In this document: in pieces, positions 31,424 to 40,638 of the stretch
How positions within the stretch are numbered: position 1 is the first letter of the stretch
Layout of the letters: the number at the start of each line of letters is the position of its first letter
Origin: Rhizobium sp. Q54
GTDB taxonomy: Bacteria > Pseudomonadota > Alphaproteobacteria > Rhizobiales > Rhizobiaceae
NCBI GenBank assembly: GCA_943370615.1
Contig: CALRRQ020000010.1
Coordinates: 30,553-94,552 of the forward strand
DNA length: 64,000 bases
Direction of reading: 5' to 3'
The notes under the pieces: generated by a model
What the model was told of the DNA's origin: nothing
Database searches by the model: none
The model's input: only the letters and a program-made list of their open reading frames with translations
Position numbers and translations under genes: made by a program

Positions 31424-31439
31424 TGTTCAACGATGAACA
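31424..31439. promoter_or_regulatory. Palindromic operator between the divergent hydrolase and MarR genes
   Basis: TGTTCA-ACGA-TGAACA in the 47-bp AT-rich gap. Confidence 0.6.
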
Positions 31440-31452
31440 ATAAAGTACAACT

Positions 31453-31920
31453 ATGAACAAAAATCAAGCCCTGCCGTGGGACCACCCGCGCTTCAAGAGC
31501 TGGATCTCCGTCGGCCGCGCCTGCCAGCTCATGCAGCAGGCGCTGACGCGGGCGCTCTCCTCGCTCGACATCAAGCCGCCCCACCTGGACATCCTGATCA
31601 ATCTCTACCGCTTCGAAGGCATTTCGCAGCAGGAACTGGCCCGCAAGCTGCTGGTTGGCCGCTCCAATATGAGCATGCTGCTGCCGCAGATGGAAAAGCG
31701 CGGCCTGATCGAGCGGCGCGCGGACAGCCGCGACAAGCGCATCCTGCGCCTGTTCCTCACCGAGCAGGGCCGCGACCTGACCACCCGTGCCATGGTCATC
31801 CAGACGGACCTGATCGAGCGCACGCTTTCGGTGACGCCGATCGAGGATTGCATGATGATGGCGACGCATATGGAGAAGCTGATTGCTCGCCTGCAAAGCG
31901 AGGAGGCGGCGGAGGACTGA
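31453..31920 (+). CDS. MarR-family regulator
   Basis: Segments ISQQELARKLLVGRSNMSMLL and GLIER..DKRILRLFLTEQG. Confidence 0.92.
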   Translation: MNKNQALPWDHPRFKSWISVGRACQLMQQALTRALSSLDIKPPHLDILINLYRFEGISQQELARKLLVGRSNMSMLLPQMEKRGLIERRADSRDKRILRLFLTEQGRDLTTRAMVIQTDLIERTLSVTPIEDCMMMATHMEKLIARLQSEEAAED

Positions 31921-31963
31921 AGCTTCCGGCCCCCGGTCCTTCTCCGTTCCGGAGTGCTATCGT

Positions 31964-32326
31964 TCAGCGGCGGTCGCGGCTCAGCCCCTTTTCCGCCAGC
32001 TCGCGTTCGTATTCGGCAAATTTCGTCTCGCCGGTCTCGCCGAGCTCGCGCAGATAGGTCCAGGTGAAGATGCCGCTGTCATGGCCGTCGTCGAAGGCGA
32101 TGCGCACGGCGTAGTTTCCGGTCGGCGCGACGGCCTTGATCGCCACCTCGCGCTTGCCCGGCACGGTGACCTTCTGCCCCGGCCCATGGCCCTGCACTTC
32201 GGCCGAGGGCGACAGGACCCGCAGCATTTCCGCCGGCAGGGCCGCGGTTACGCCGTCGTTGAAGCTCACCGACAGCATCCGCCGATCCTTCGACACCTTG
32301 AGTTCGGTTGGCCAGAAATCGCTCAT
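31964..32326 (-). CDS. DUF971 / GBBH-like N-terminal domain protein
   Basis: Motifs LRVLSPSAEVQGH, GNYAVRIAFDDGHDSGIFTW and Y..EL.EKGLSR. Confidence 0.85.
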   Translation of the reverse strand: MSDFWPTELKVSKDRRMLSVSFNDGVTAALPAEMLRVLSPSAEVQGHGPGQKVTVPGKREVAIKAVAPTGNYAVRIAFDDGHDSGIFTWTYLRELGETGETKFAEYERELAEKGLSRDRR

Positions 32327-32472
32327 CTTCGCATCCGTCAAATTGCCCTGCGCCGAGAACTATGCCCGCATCTTGTGCAGCGCAAGACATTTTGCCGGTC
32401 GAACAAGCACCCATTTGCTTGACCTTGGTCACCATGCTGACCATCTTAGCCGCATAAACGGGAGGTCGTGCT

Positions 32473-33522
32473 TTGAATTTCAGTGCCGGACCATGGCAGG
32501 ATGCAACCGCGCTCACCTCGGCCGACGCGCCGATGGTCGATCCGTTCGGCCGCGCCGTGACCTATCTTCGCGTCTCGGTCACCGACCGCTGCGATTTCCG
32601 CTGCACCTACTGCATGTCGGAAAACATGAACTTCCTGCCGAAGAAGGACCTGCTCACCCTCGAGGAGCTCGACCGCCTCTGTTCCGCCTTCGTCGCCAAG
32701 GGCGTGAAGAAGCTGCGGCTGACCGGCGGCGAACCGCTGGTGCGCAAGAACATCATGTTCCTCGTCCGCAGCCTGTCGCGCCATCTCGAAAGCGGCGCGC
32801 TCGAGGAACTGACGCTGACGACCAACGGCTCGCAGCTGTCGCGCTTTGCCGCGGAACTCGCCGACTGCGGCGTGCGCCGCATCAACGTCTCGCTCGACAC
32901 GCTCGATCCGGAGAAGTTCCGCACGATCACCCGCTGGGGCGAATTCGACAAGGTGATGGAGGGCGTGCGCGCCGCCCAGGCCGCCGGCATCCGCGTCAAG
33001 CTCAACGCCGTCGCCCTCAAGGACTTCAACGAGCACGAGATTCCCGAACTGATGCGTTATGCCCATGCCAACGACATGGATCTGACGCTGATCGAAACCA
33101 TGCCGATGGGCGAGACCGGCGAGGACCGTACCGATCAGTACCTGCCCCTGTCTTTGGTCCGGCAACGGCTGGAGGAAAACTACACCCTCACGGATCTGCC
33201 TCTCTCTACGGGAGGTCCTGCCCGTTACGCGAGGGTCGAGGAGACCGGCGGCAAGCTCGGCCTGATCACGCCGATGACGCACAATTTCTGCGAGAGCTGC
33301 AACCGCGTGCGCCTCACTTGCACCGGCACGCTCTACATGTGCCTCGGCCAGGACGATGCGGCGGACCTGCGCACGGCGCTGCGCGCCTCGCCCGACGACG
33401 CCTTCCTGTCGGCGGCGATCGACGAGGCAATCGGCCGCAAGCCGAAGGGCCACGATTTCATCATCGACCGCGACCACCGCCGCCCGGCCGTGGCCCGCCA
33501 CATGAGCGTCACCGGCGGCTGA
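32473..33522 (+). CDS. moaA: GTP 3',8-cyclase (radical SAM)
   Basis: Motifs [20 protein letters not shown] and [19 protein letters not shown] start with a GGAGG RBS. Confidence 0.95.
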   Translation: MNFSAGPWQDATALTSADAPMVDPFGRAVTYLRVSVTDRCDFRCTYCMSENMNFLPKKDLLTLEELDRLCSAFVAKGVKKLRLTGGEPLVRKNIMFLVRSLSRHLESGALEELTLTTNGSQLSRFAAELADCGVRRINVSLDTLDPEKFRTITRWGEFDKVMEGVRAAQAAGIRVKLNAVALKDFNEHEIPELMRYAHANDMDLTLIETMPMGETGEDRTDQYLPLSLVRQRLEENYTLTDLPLSTGGPARYARVEETGGKLGLITPMTHNFCESCNRVRLTCTGTLYMCLGQDDAADLRTALRASPDDAFLSAAIDEAIGRKPKGHDFIIDRDHRRPAVARHMSVTGG

Positions 33523-33671
33523 ATCCCGACGGCGGCTCTGTCGTCTCCCTGCACTCCAACGCGTCGTACACTTCTTTTTGCGTACAATCCGACATTCACC
33601 GCCCCAGGCGATACCGAACATGCGTCGCATCCGTTAGAAGGTCCGACAGAGTTTTCCAGGATTCCCCCCGA

Positions 33672-34583
33672 ATGGCATTGTCCAACAATACCAAGGGCGC
33701 CTTGCTGATGGCGCTCTCGATGGCCGGCTTCACGTTCAACGATGCGCTGAGCAAGTCCGTGACCCCGCTGATGAATGTCGGCCAGCTGATGTTCGTGCGC
33801 GGTGCGCTCACCACCATCCTGGTCTTCCTGGTGGCCCGCCACATGGGGGCGCTTGCTCATATCCGCATGCTGATGCGGCCGACCGTGCTGCTGCGCATGC
33901 TGTTCGAGACGCTGGCCGCCGTCACCTTCCTCAGCGCGCTGGGCCAGATGCCGCTCGCCAACGTCTCGTCGATCCTGCAGTCGCTGCCGCTCGCCGTCAC
34001 GCTAGGCGCCGCCCTCTTCCTCGGCGAGCCCGTCGGCTGGCGCCGCTGGACGGCCATCGGCGTCGGCTTCCTCGGCGTGCTGATCATCATCCGGCCGGGC
34101 CCGGAAGGCTTCACGCTGGCCTCGCTCTACGTGCTGATGAGCGTCGTTTTCGCCGCGGCCCGCGACCTCGTCACCAAGAAGATCGATTCCGGCATATCGT
34201 CGCTCGCCATCACCCTCAGCACCGCCGCCGGCATCACCATCGCCGGCGCGGCGCTGATCGTTCCCTTCGGCGGCTGGCAGCCGATGAGCGGATCGACCTG
34301 GGGCATCATGCTGATCGCCTCCTGCCTGATCTTCATCGGCTATCTGGCGATCATCATGGCCATGCGCACCGGCGAGATTTCCTTCATCGCCCCGTTCCGC
34401 TATACGAGCCTGCTCTGGGCCGTCACGCTCGGTATGGTCTTCTTCGGCGAGGTTCCCGACATCTGGATGGCAGTCGGCACGGTGATCGTCATCGGCTCCG
34501 GCCTCTACGCCTTCTATCGCGAGAACAAGCGCCGTGCGGAGATGGCGAGGCACGAGGCCGCGTTGTCCAAGCCGGCCCTGTGA
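33672..34583 (+). CDS. DMT/EamA-family transporter
   Basis: About 10 TM helices and the motifs FLGEPVGWRRW and APFRYTSLLWA..FFGEVPD. Confidence 0.88.
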   Translation: MALSNNTKGALLMALSMAGFTFNDALSKSVTPLMNVGQLMFVRGALTTILVFLVARHMGALAHIRMLMRPTVLLRMLFETLAAVTFLSALGQMPLANVSSILQSLPLAVTLGAALFLGEPVGWRRWTAIGVGFLGVLIIIRPGPEGFTLASLYVLMSVVFAAARDLVTKKIDSGISSLAITLSTAAGITIAGAALIVPFGGWQPMSGSTWGIMLIASCLIFIGYLAIIMAMRTGEISFIAPFRYTSLLWAVTLGMVFFGEVPDIWMAVGTVIVIGSGLYAFYRENKRRAEMARHEAALSKPAL

Positions 34584-34602
34584 GCAGGCAAGCGAGGCGC
34601 CC

Positions 34603-35832
34603 ATGGACGCGACAAGGAAAGACAGCTTGAAGACCGCCCGCTTCCTCGACCGCCGGTCGCCCCCGCACATCGTCACGCTGGTGGCGATTGCCGGCCTTTC
34701 GGCGCTGACCATGAACATCTTCCTGCCCTCGCTGCCCAGCATGGCGAAGGATTTTGGCGTCTCATACGGCACGATCCAGATCCTGATCTCGGGCTATATC
34801 GCCATGACGGCGGTGGTGCAGATCGCCATCGGCCCGCTCTCTGACCGTTTCGGGCGGCGGCCGACCGTCATCGGCAGCCTCGTCATCCTGCTGGTCGCCA
34901 CGCTCGTCTGCATGGTCGCGACGGACATCTACACGCTCGTCGCCGCCCGCATGCTGCAGACCGCCGTGGTCTGCGGCATCGTCCTGTCGCGCGCCATCGT
35001 GCGCGACATGGTGCCGATGGAAGAGGCCGCCTCGATGATCGGCTATGTCACCATGGGCATGACCATCGTGCCGATGATCGGCCCGACGCTCGGCGGCGTG
35101 CTGGGCGACGCCTTCGGCTGGCGGGCCAATTTCGTCGCCCTCTTCGCCCTCGGCGTGGTCGTGCTGGCGCTGGTCGCGGCCGACCTCGGCGAGACCAATC
35201 GCAACCGCAGCGCCAGTTTTTCCGCGCAGTTCAAGGCCTGGCCCGGGCTGCTCGCCTCGCCGCAGTTCTGGGGCTATACCGCGGTGGTGACCTTCACCTC
35301 CGGCGCCTTCTTCGCCTTTCTCGGCGGCGCGCCCTTCATCGGCGCGACACTGATGCATATGAGCCCGAGCACGCTCGGCCTGCAATTCATCTTCATTGCC
35401 GCCGGTTACATGGCCGGCAACTTCGTCTCCGGCCGTTACGCGCGGCGCTACGGCACCTCCAACATGATGCTCGCCGGCACCATCGCCATGATCGTCGGAA
35501 CGCTGGTTCCGGCCGCCTTCCTGCTTGCGGGCGTGGGATCCGCCCTCGCCTTCTTCGGGCCGCAGGTGATCGTCGGCTTCGGCAACGGGTTGACGCTGCC
35601 GAGCGCCAATGCCGGTGTCGTCAGCGTCAAGCCCCACCTCGCCGGCTCGGCATCGGGCCTGAGCGGCGCCATCGCCATGGGCGGCGGTGCCGGAACCTCG
35701 GTCTTCGCCTCTTCGATCCTGACCGTCGAGACGGGCGCCATGCCGATGCTGCTGGTCATGCTGGCCTGCGGCGTGCTCGCCGTGGCCGCCATCCTCTACC
35801 TGCGCTATGATGATCCGCAGGTGAGCGAGTAA
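34603..35832 (+). CDS. Bcr/CflA-family MFS efflux transporter
   Basis: Motifs NIFLPSLP, GPLSDRFGRRP, RAIVRD and GPTLGG. Confidence 0.88.
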   Translation: MDATRKDSLKTARFLDRRSPPHIVTLVAIAGLSALTMNIFLPSLPSMAKDFGVSYGTIQILISGYIAMTAVVQIAIGPLSDRFGRRPTVIGSLVILLVATLVCMVATDIYTLVAARMLQTAVVCGIVLSRAIVRDMVPMEEAASMIGYVTMGMTIVPMIGPTLGGVLGDAFGWRANFVALFALGVVVLALVAADLGETNRNRSASFSAQFKAWPGLLASPQFWGYTAVVTFTSGAFFAFLGGAPFIGATLMHMSPSTLGLQFIFIAAGYMAGNFVSGRYARRYGTSNMMLAGTIAMIVGTLVPAAFLLAGVGSALAFFGPQVIVGFGNGLTLPSANAGVVSVKPHLAGSASGLSGAIAMGGGAGTSVFASSILTVETGAMPMLLVMLACGVLAVAAILYLRYDDPQVSE

Positions 35833-35846
35833 GCCACGGAGCCGTG

Positions 35847-36473
35847 ATGCGAGACCGTCTTGTCCCTGCACTGATCCTCGCGGGCGGCCTGTCGCGCCGC
35901 ATGGGCCGCGACAAGGCCTCGGCCGAGCTTGCCGGCAAGCCGATGATCGTCAGGATCGCCGAAAGGATCGGGCCTCAGGTGACCGCGCTCGCCATCAACG
36001 CGCCGGAGGCTTTTTCCGCCGGCATCGATCTGCCGCTGGTCCCCGATACGATCACCGGCCATCCCGGCCCGCTCGCCGGCGTGCTCGCCGGGCTGCGACG
36101 CGCCGCCGCCATGACGCCCGGAGCGACCCACCTGCTGACCGTCCCGGCCGACACGCCCTTCCTGCCGCTCGACCTCGTGGCGCGGCTCGAGGGCGCAGCC
36201 GCCGCACCCGACCAGATCGTGCTCGCCGCCTCCGCCGGCCGGGTCCATCCGGTCGTCGCATTGTGGCCGCTCTCGCTCGCCGACGATCTGGAGGCTTGGC
36301 TCACCGAACCCGAAAACCGGAAACTGCAGGTCTTCATCACCCGCCATCCATCCCTGGCGGTCGACTTCCCCCTGCTGGCAACCCCGGCCGGTAATCTCGA
36401 TCCCTTCTTCAACGTCAACACGCCGGACGATCTCGCAACGGCCGAACATTTTCTCAAGGTGCTTGGCGAATGA
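35847..36473 (+). CDS. mobA: Molybdenum cofactor guanylyltransferase
   Basis: Motifs ILAGGLSRRMGRDK, GPLAGVLAGL, PADTPFLP and FFNVNTPDDL. Confidence 0.93.
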   Translation: MRDRLVPALILAGGLSRRMGRDKASAELAGKPMIVRIAERIGPQVTALAINAPEAFSAGIDLPLVPDTITGHPGPLAGVLAGLRRAAAMTPGATHLLTVPADTPFLPLDLVARLEGAAAAPDQIVLAASAGRVHPVVALWPLSLADDLEAWLTEPENRKLQVFITRHPSLAVDFPLLATPAGNLDPFFNVNTPDDLATAEHFLKVLGE

Positions 36474-36994
36474 CCGACAAACCCCGCATTTTCGGCATTT
36501 CCGGCTGGAAGAATTCCGGCAAGACCGGCCTTGCCGTTCGCCTGGTCGAGGAGTTCACCCGGCGCGGCTATCGCATCTCGACGATCAAGCACGCCCACCA
36601 CGATTTCGACATCGACAAGGTCGGCGCCGACAGCTATCGCCACCGCCAGGCCGGCGCCCATGAGGTGGCCCTCGTCTCAGGCACACGCTATGCCATCATG
36701 CACGAACTGCGCGGCGCCGACGAGCCGAGCTTCGAGGACATCCTCGCCCGGCTCGGACCTTGCGATCTGGTGCTGATCGAGGGCTACAAGCGCGAGCCGG
36801 TGCCGAAGATCGAGGCCCGCAGGCTGGAGGCGAAGAACCGAGAGCCGCTTGCGCCGAACGATCCGCACATCGTCGCCATCGCTGCCGATCATCCGGTGGA
36901 CGGTGAGACCTTGCCCGTCTTCGACCTCGACGACACACAGGCGATCGCCGACTTCATCGCCCGCGTCACCGGTCTGCCGCAACCCCGCATCTGA
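36470..36994 (+). CDS. mobB: Molybdopterin-guanine dinucleotide biosynthesis protein B
   Basis: Motifs GWKNSGKT, IKHAHHDFDID and LIEGYK. ATGA overlap with mobA. Confidence 0.93.
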   Translation: MTDKPRIFGISGWKNSGKTGLAVRLVEEFTRRGYRISTIKHAHHDFDIDKVGADSYRHRQAGAHEVALVSGTRYAIMHELRGADEPSFEDILARLGPCDLVLIEGYKREPVPKIEARRLEAKNREPLAPNDPHIVAIAADHPVDGETLPVFDLDDTQAIADFIARVTGLPQPRI

Positions 36995-37020
36995 CGACAG
37001 CGGCGCGAGCCGAACATGAA

Positions 37021-37053
37021 AAAGGGCCGCCGGATGGTCTCCGGCGGCCCTTT
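37021..37053. terminator. Bidirectional intrinsic terminator
   Basis: AAAGGGCCGCCGGA-TGGTC-TCCGGCGGCCCTTT between convergent mobB and the OmpA-family gene. Confidence 0.85.
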
Positions 37054-37076
37054 CGATTGTGATGGTCAGTCGACCG

Positions 37077-39392
37077 TCAGTTGGCGGCGGTCGCCGGGCG
37101 GACGAGCGAGGTGACGCGGCGGATCGCCACGCGGCGGTTCTGCTGCTCCGCCTCGGCGGTGCGGATCTTCAGGTAGCGCTCGCCATACCCCTGGACGCTG
37201 AGGTTTTCCGGCGGAATGCCGTAGACCTCGGTCAGGAGGTTGGCGACCGTTTCGGCTCGCTGATCCGACAGGACCAGGTTCGAGCGGTCGGAACCCACCG
37301 CATCGGTGTGCCCCTCGATCAGGAAGGTCTCACCGGGATCCTTGGCCAGCACCTGCTCCATGGCTTCGGCCACCTTGCGCAGGGTCTTCGCCTGCGCCAG
37401 CGGCACTTCGGCCGAACCCGACGGGAAGGTGATGGTATCGAGGTCGATACGGCGCACCTTGTCGCGCAGACGGGCCGACGACTTCACCTCCTCGATCGAG
37501 TAGACCCGTTCGACGCGCTCGACCGGCGGCTGGGCCAGGAAGTCGTAGTAGTCGCGGTCCGGCGCATTGGACGTGGTGACGATATAGTCCTGAACCGGGA
37601 TCGTCAGGCGCATCGGCGGCAGGCTGTAGCCGACGTCGACATAGACATGCGGCTCTTCGCGGTCGGCTTCCGGTGCATAGAACAGCACATATTCCTCACC
37701 GCGCGACGTGAAGCGCGAGCGCAGGATGATGTCGCCGTAGCGGTTGTAGACGGTCACGAGGCGCGAGCCGTCATTGCGCTCGATGGTCTCGCGGACGCGG
37801 CCACGCGACAGTTCCTCATAGAAGGTCTGCTCCTCGTCGTAGCGCAGGCGCGACCGGTCGTTGCTGCGAACGACTTCCACGTTGCCGATATTGATGATCG
37901 TGCGGTTGTCGACCTCCTCGACCACCCGGACTTCGTTCACCTGATTGACGATGTTCGTCTCGTTGCTGGTATTCGTGACATTGGTGACGTTCGTCACATT
38001 CGTCACATTGGTCACGTTGTTGATGACAGTGGTCGGCACCTCGAAGGTGGGGGCTGCTTCGCGGACAGTGCCCTTTTCCTCGACGATTGCTTCCATCACC
38101 TGCGGTTCAACCTTGACGGCATCTCCCTGCGCCTCGGCATCGCTCGTCGGCGCGGCAACGACCGGAGTCTCTTCGCGAAGCACGGTGCGCGCATCGCGGA
38201 CTTCGGCACCGCCGGTATTGTCGGCATCCTTGTCGCTGTCGAGAACGGCAGCACCGTTGTCGACCGGCAGCACCACGGTTTCGGCCGTGCTGGCCGGGTC
38301 CTCGGCGATCTGCTGCTTGTCTTCTTCCGACCGCTCGTCGATCACCTCGACCACCGGTGCATCCTTCGGCGGCTCGACGGCCGGCACGACAACCTCTTCG
38401 CCGGTCGGCTGCGCAGCGGGTTCAGTCGTCGACTGGTCCTGCGGTGCGGCTGGCGTCTCGCCCTGGGTCGCATCCTGAGCGGGCTTCAGTTGGTCGTCGG
38501 TCAGCGGGCTTTCGGCCGGCTGGTCGGCAGGAGCCGGTTCCGCTGCGGGGGTCTGCTCGCCCGGTGCCTGATCGGCAGGAGCTTCGGCGGGGGCATCGGG
38601 GGTCTGCGCCGGTTCTTCGGCCTGGGCCGGCTTTTCGGCCGGCACCTGTTCGGCGGGGGCTTCCTCTGCGGCGGCGGGCTGCTCTGCCGGAGCCTGTTCG
38701 GCCGGCGGGCAGGCATCGGCGGATGCCGCCTGCGATCCGTCGGCACAGGTCACGGCTTCAGCCGCCGGCTGCTGCTCGGCAGCCTTCTGCGCCTCTTCGG
38801 CAGCCTGCTGTTCAGCGGCCTTCTGGGCCTCCTCCGCAGCCTGCTGTTCAGCGGCCTTCTGAGCGTCGTCAGCGGCCTGCTGCTCGGCAGCCTTCTGAGC
38901 CTCTTCGGCAGCCTGCTGCTCGGCGGCCTTCTGGGCTTCTTCGGCAGCCTGCTGTTCGGCGGCGCGTTGGGCCTCTTCGGCGGCCTGCTGTTCGGCAGCC
39001 TTCTGGGCTTCTTCAGCGGCCTGCTGTTCGGCAGCCTTCTGGGCCTCCTCGGCAGCCTGCTGTTCCGCGGCGCGCTGGGCTTCTTCGGCGGCCTGCTGTT
39101 CGGCGGCCTGGGCTTCTTCGGCAGCCTTCTGGGCTTCCTCGGCCTGCTGCTGTTCGGCCGCGCGCTGGGCGTCGATCGCATCACAGCTCGCCTGGTCGGC
39201 CGCCTGGCTTCCGTCACTGCAGGTGACAGCGGCCTGGGCGAGCAGGATCATGCCTTCGACCGCGCCGGGGCGGGATTGGCTGGTGGTGTCCTGCGCCTTC
39301 AGAACGGCCGCGGCCGCCACGGGCTCGACCATTGCGGCGGCCGACAGAACCGGAACCGCAACGGTGGCGAACAGTCTCGATCTCAAATTCAT
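37077..39392 (-). CDS. Large OmpA-family peptidoglycan-binding protein with low-complexity repeats
   Basis: Signal peptide, a long A/E/Q repeat, and a C-terminal OmpA-like domain (FLIEGHTDAVGS..NLVLSDQRAETV..GYGE..NRRV). Confidence 0.9.
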   Translation of the reverse strand: MNLRSRLFATVAVPVLSAAAMVEPVAAAAVLKAQDTTSQSRPGAVEGMILLAQAAVTCSDGSQAADQASCDAIDAQRAAEQQQAEEAQKAAEEAQAAEQQAAEEAQRAAEQQAAEEAQKAAEQQAAEEAQKAAEQQAAEEAQRAAEQQAAEEAQKAAEQQAAEEAQKAAEQQAADDAQKAAEQQAAEEAQKAAEQQAAEEAQKAAEQQPAAEAVTCADGSQAASADACPPAEQAPAEQPAAAEEAPAEQVPAEKPAQAEEPAQTPDAPAEAPADQAPGEQTPAAEPAPADQPAESPLTDDQLKPAQDATQGETPAAPQDQSTTEPAAQPTGEEVVVPAVEPPKDAPVVEVIDERSEEDKQQIAEDPASTAETVVLPVDNGAAVLDSDKDADNTGGAEVRDARTVLREETPVVAAPTSDAEAQGDAVKVEPQVMEAIVEEKGTVREAAPTFEVPTTVINNVTNVTNVTNVTNVTNTSNETNIVNQVNEVRVVEEVDNRTIINIGNVEVVRSNDRSRLRYDEEQTFYEELSRGRVRETIERNDGSRLVTVYNRYGDIILRSRFTSRGEEYVLFYAPEADREEPHVYVDVGYSLPPMRLTIPVQDYIVTTSNAPDRDYYDFLAQPPVERVERVYSIEEVKSSARLRDKVRRIDLDTITFPSGSAEVPLAQAKTLRKVAEAMEQVLAKDPGETFLIEGHTDAVGSDRSNLVLSDQRAETVANLLTEVYGIPPENLSVQGYGERYLKIRTAEAEQQNRRVAIRRVTSLVRPATAAN
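37971..38018 (-). repeat. Coding 9-bp repeat (Asn-Val-Thr x5)
   Basis: NVTNVTNVTNVTNVTN within the OmpA-family protein. Confidence 0.9.
38769..39158 (-). repeat. Coding 36-bp tandem repeat (AEQQAAEEAQKA, about 10 copies)
   Basis: One variant unit, a 6-aa spacer, nine consecutive 12-aa units and a partial unit. Synonymous positions vary between copies. Confidence 0.95.
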
Positions 39393-39754
39393 ATTCGTTT
39401 CCTTGCGAAGCGTGTCACCACGCGGAGAGTGTTGGAGGAGCCAATGACGAGGCGGCTTTTTTAAGGCCGCGCGATTCCCCCGCTGCAATGGGCGGAACCT
39501 AGCTTCCCGCGAATTAACCCTGGCTGAACGAAAAAGTTTCGTGGGCCGCGGCGTTTTTCGCCAGCCACCGCAGCCATCCGCACCACCTCGCTATTGCTCA
39601 ACTGTACAATTTTTGCCGGTACCGCGTCTTTGGAGTTGATTTTCCCTGAGAAAGAGTAGGAATATCGCCACAGGTACGACACGCCGGTGTCGCGCTTGCC
39701 CTGTTCAGCGCAGGAATCATAACAACCGCGCGAACGACCAACAGAGAGGATCTC

Positions 39755-40531
39755 ATGCGTATTTCGACACGTTTCTTCGCCGCCGCTTCGATTGCCGCCT
39801 TGTCGCTTTTTGCCGGCAGCGCAATGGCCGAAGGCGAAAAGCTGATCATCGGCACGGAAGGTGCCTACCCGCCCTTCAACAACCTCGAATCGGACGGCAC
39901 GCTCGTCGGCTTCGACATCGACATCGCCAAGGCTCTTTGCGATGAAATGAAGGTCACCTGCGAATTCGTCACCCAGGATTGGGACGGCATCATCCCGGCG
40001 CTGCAGGCGAAGAAGTTCGACGCCATCATCGCCTCGATGTCGATCACCCCGGAACGCAAGGAAAAGGTCGACTTCAGCGACAAGTACTACAACACCGGAC
40101 CGGCGATCGCCGTGCCGAAGGATTCGCCGATCACCGACGTGGCCGGTCTCAAGGGCAAGACCCTCGGCGCCCAGTCCTCGACCACCCACGCCAACTTCGC
40201 TGAAAAGGCCTTCGCCGATTCAGAACTCAAGCTTTACCCGACCACGGACGAATACAAGCTCGACCTCGAAGGCGGCCGCATCGATGCCGCCATCGATGAC
40301 GTCGTCGTCCTGTCGGAATGGGTCAAGTCCGACGCCGGCGCCTGCTGCAAGATCCTGACTGCGCTCACCCCCGACATCGAAATCCACGGTCCGGGCGCCG
40401 GCATTGCCGTCCGCAAGGGCGAAACCGCGCTGGCCGACAAGTTCAGCGCCGCGATCAAGGCGATCCGCGCCAACGGCAAGTACAAGGAAATCAACGACAA
40501 GTACTTCGATTTCGACGTTTACGGCGATTAA
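39755..40531 (+). CDS. Polar amino-acid ABC transporter substrate-binding protein (Lys/Arg/Orn/His family)
   Basis: Signal peptide and motifs GTEGAYPPFN, GFDIDIAKALC and QDWDGIIPALQAKKFDAI. Confidence 0.92.
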   Translation: MRISTRFFAAASIAALSLFAGSAMAEGEKLIIGTEGAYPPFNNLESDGTLVGFDIDIAKALCDEMKVTCEFVTQDWDGIIPALQAKKFDAIIASMSITPERKEKVDFSDKYYNTGPAIAVPKDSPITDVAGLKGKTLGAQSSTTHANFAEKAFADSELKLYPTTDEYKLDLEGGRIDAAIDDVVVLSEWVKSDAGACCKILTALTPDIEIHGPGAGIAVRKGETALADKFSAAIKAIRANGKYKEINDKYFDFDVYGD

Positions 40532-40553
40532 GCGTTGAAAATCTGAGCCTCGG

Positions 40554-40580
40554 ATGGCGGAAGACCTGCTCTTCCGCCAT
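40554..40580 (+). other. Intercistronic hairpin between the SBP and permease genes
   Basis: ATGGCGGAAGA-CCTGC-TCTTCCGCCAT, with no U-tract. It probably stabilises or attenuates the mRNA. Confidence 0.5.
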
Positions 40581-40638
40581 TCCCGCATGAAAAGAATGAA
40601 AAAAGTATGCGGCACGAACCGCTGAGGGGAAATTTGGT

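Noticed and set aside
32136-33671. 815-aa ORF 32136-34583
   Set aside because: Only the part from ATG 33672 looks like a real DMT protein. The upstream extension is an alternate frame overlapping the DUF971 gene and moaA.
38769-39158. 36-bp repeats as a CRISPR array
   Set aside because: The copies are contiguous with no unique spacers, they vary at synonymous positions in frame, and no cas genes are present. This is a protein repeat.
37059-39464. 801-aa plus-strand Leu/Gly/Phe-rich ORF
   Set aside because: It is the antisense shadow of the OmpA-family gene's repeats. Stop codons are rare in high-GC antisense frames.
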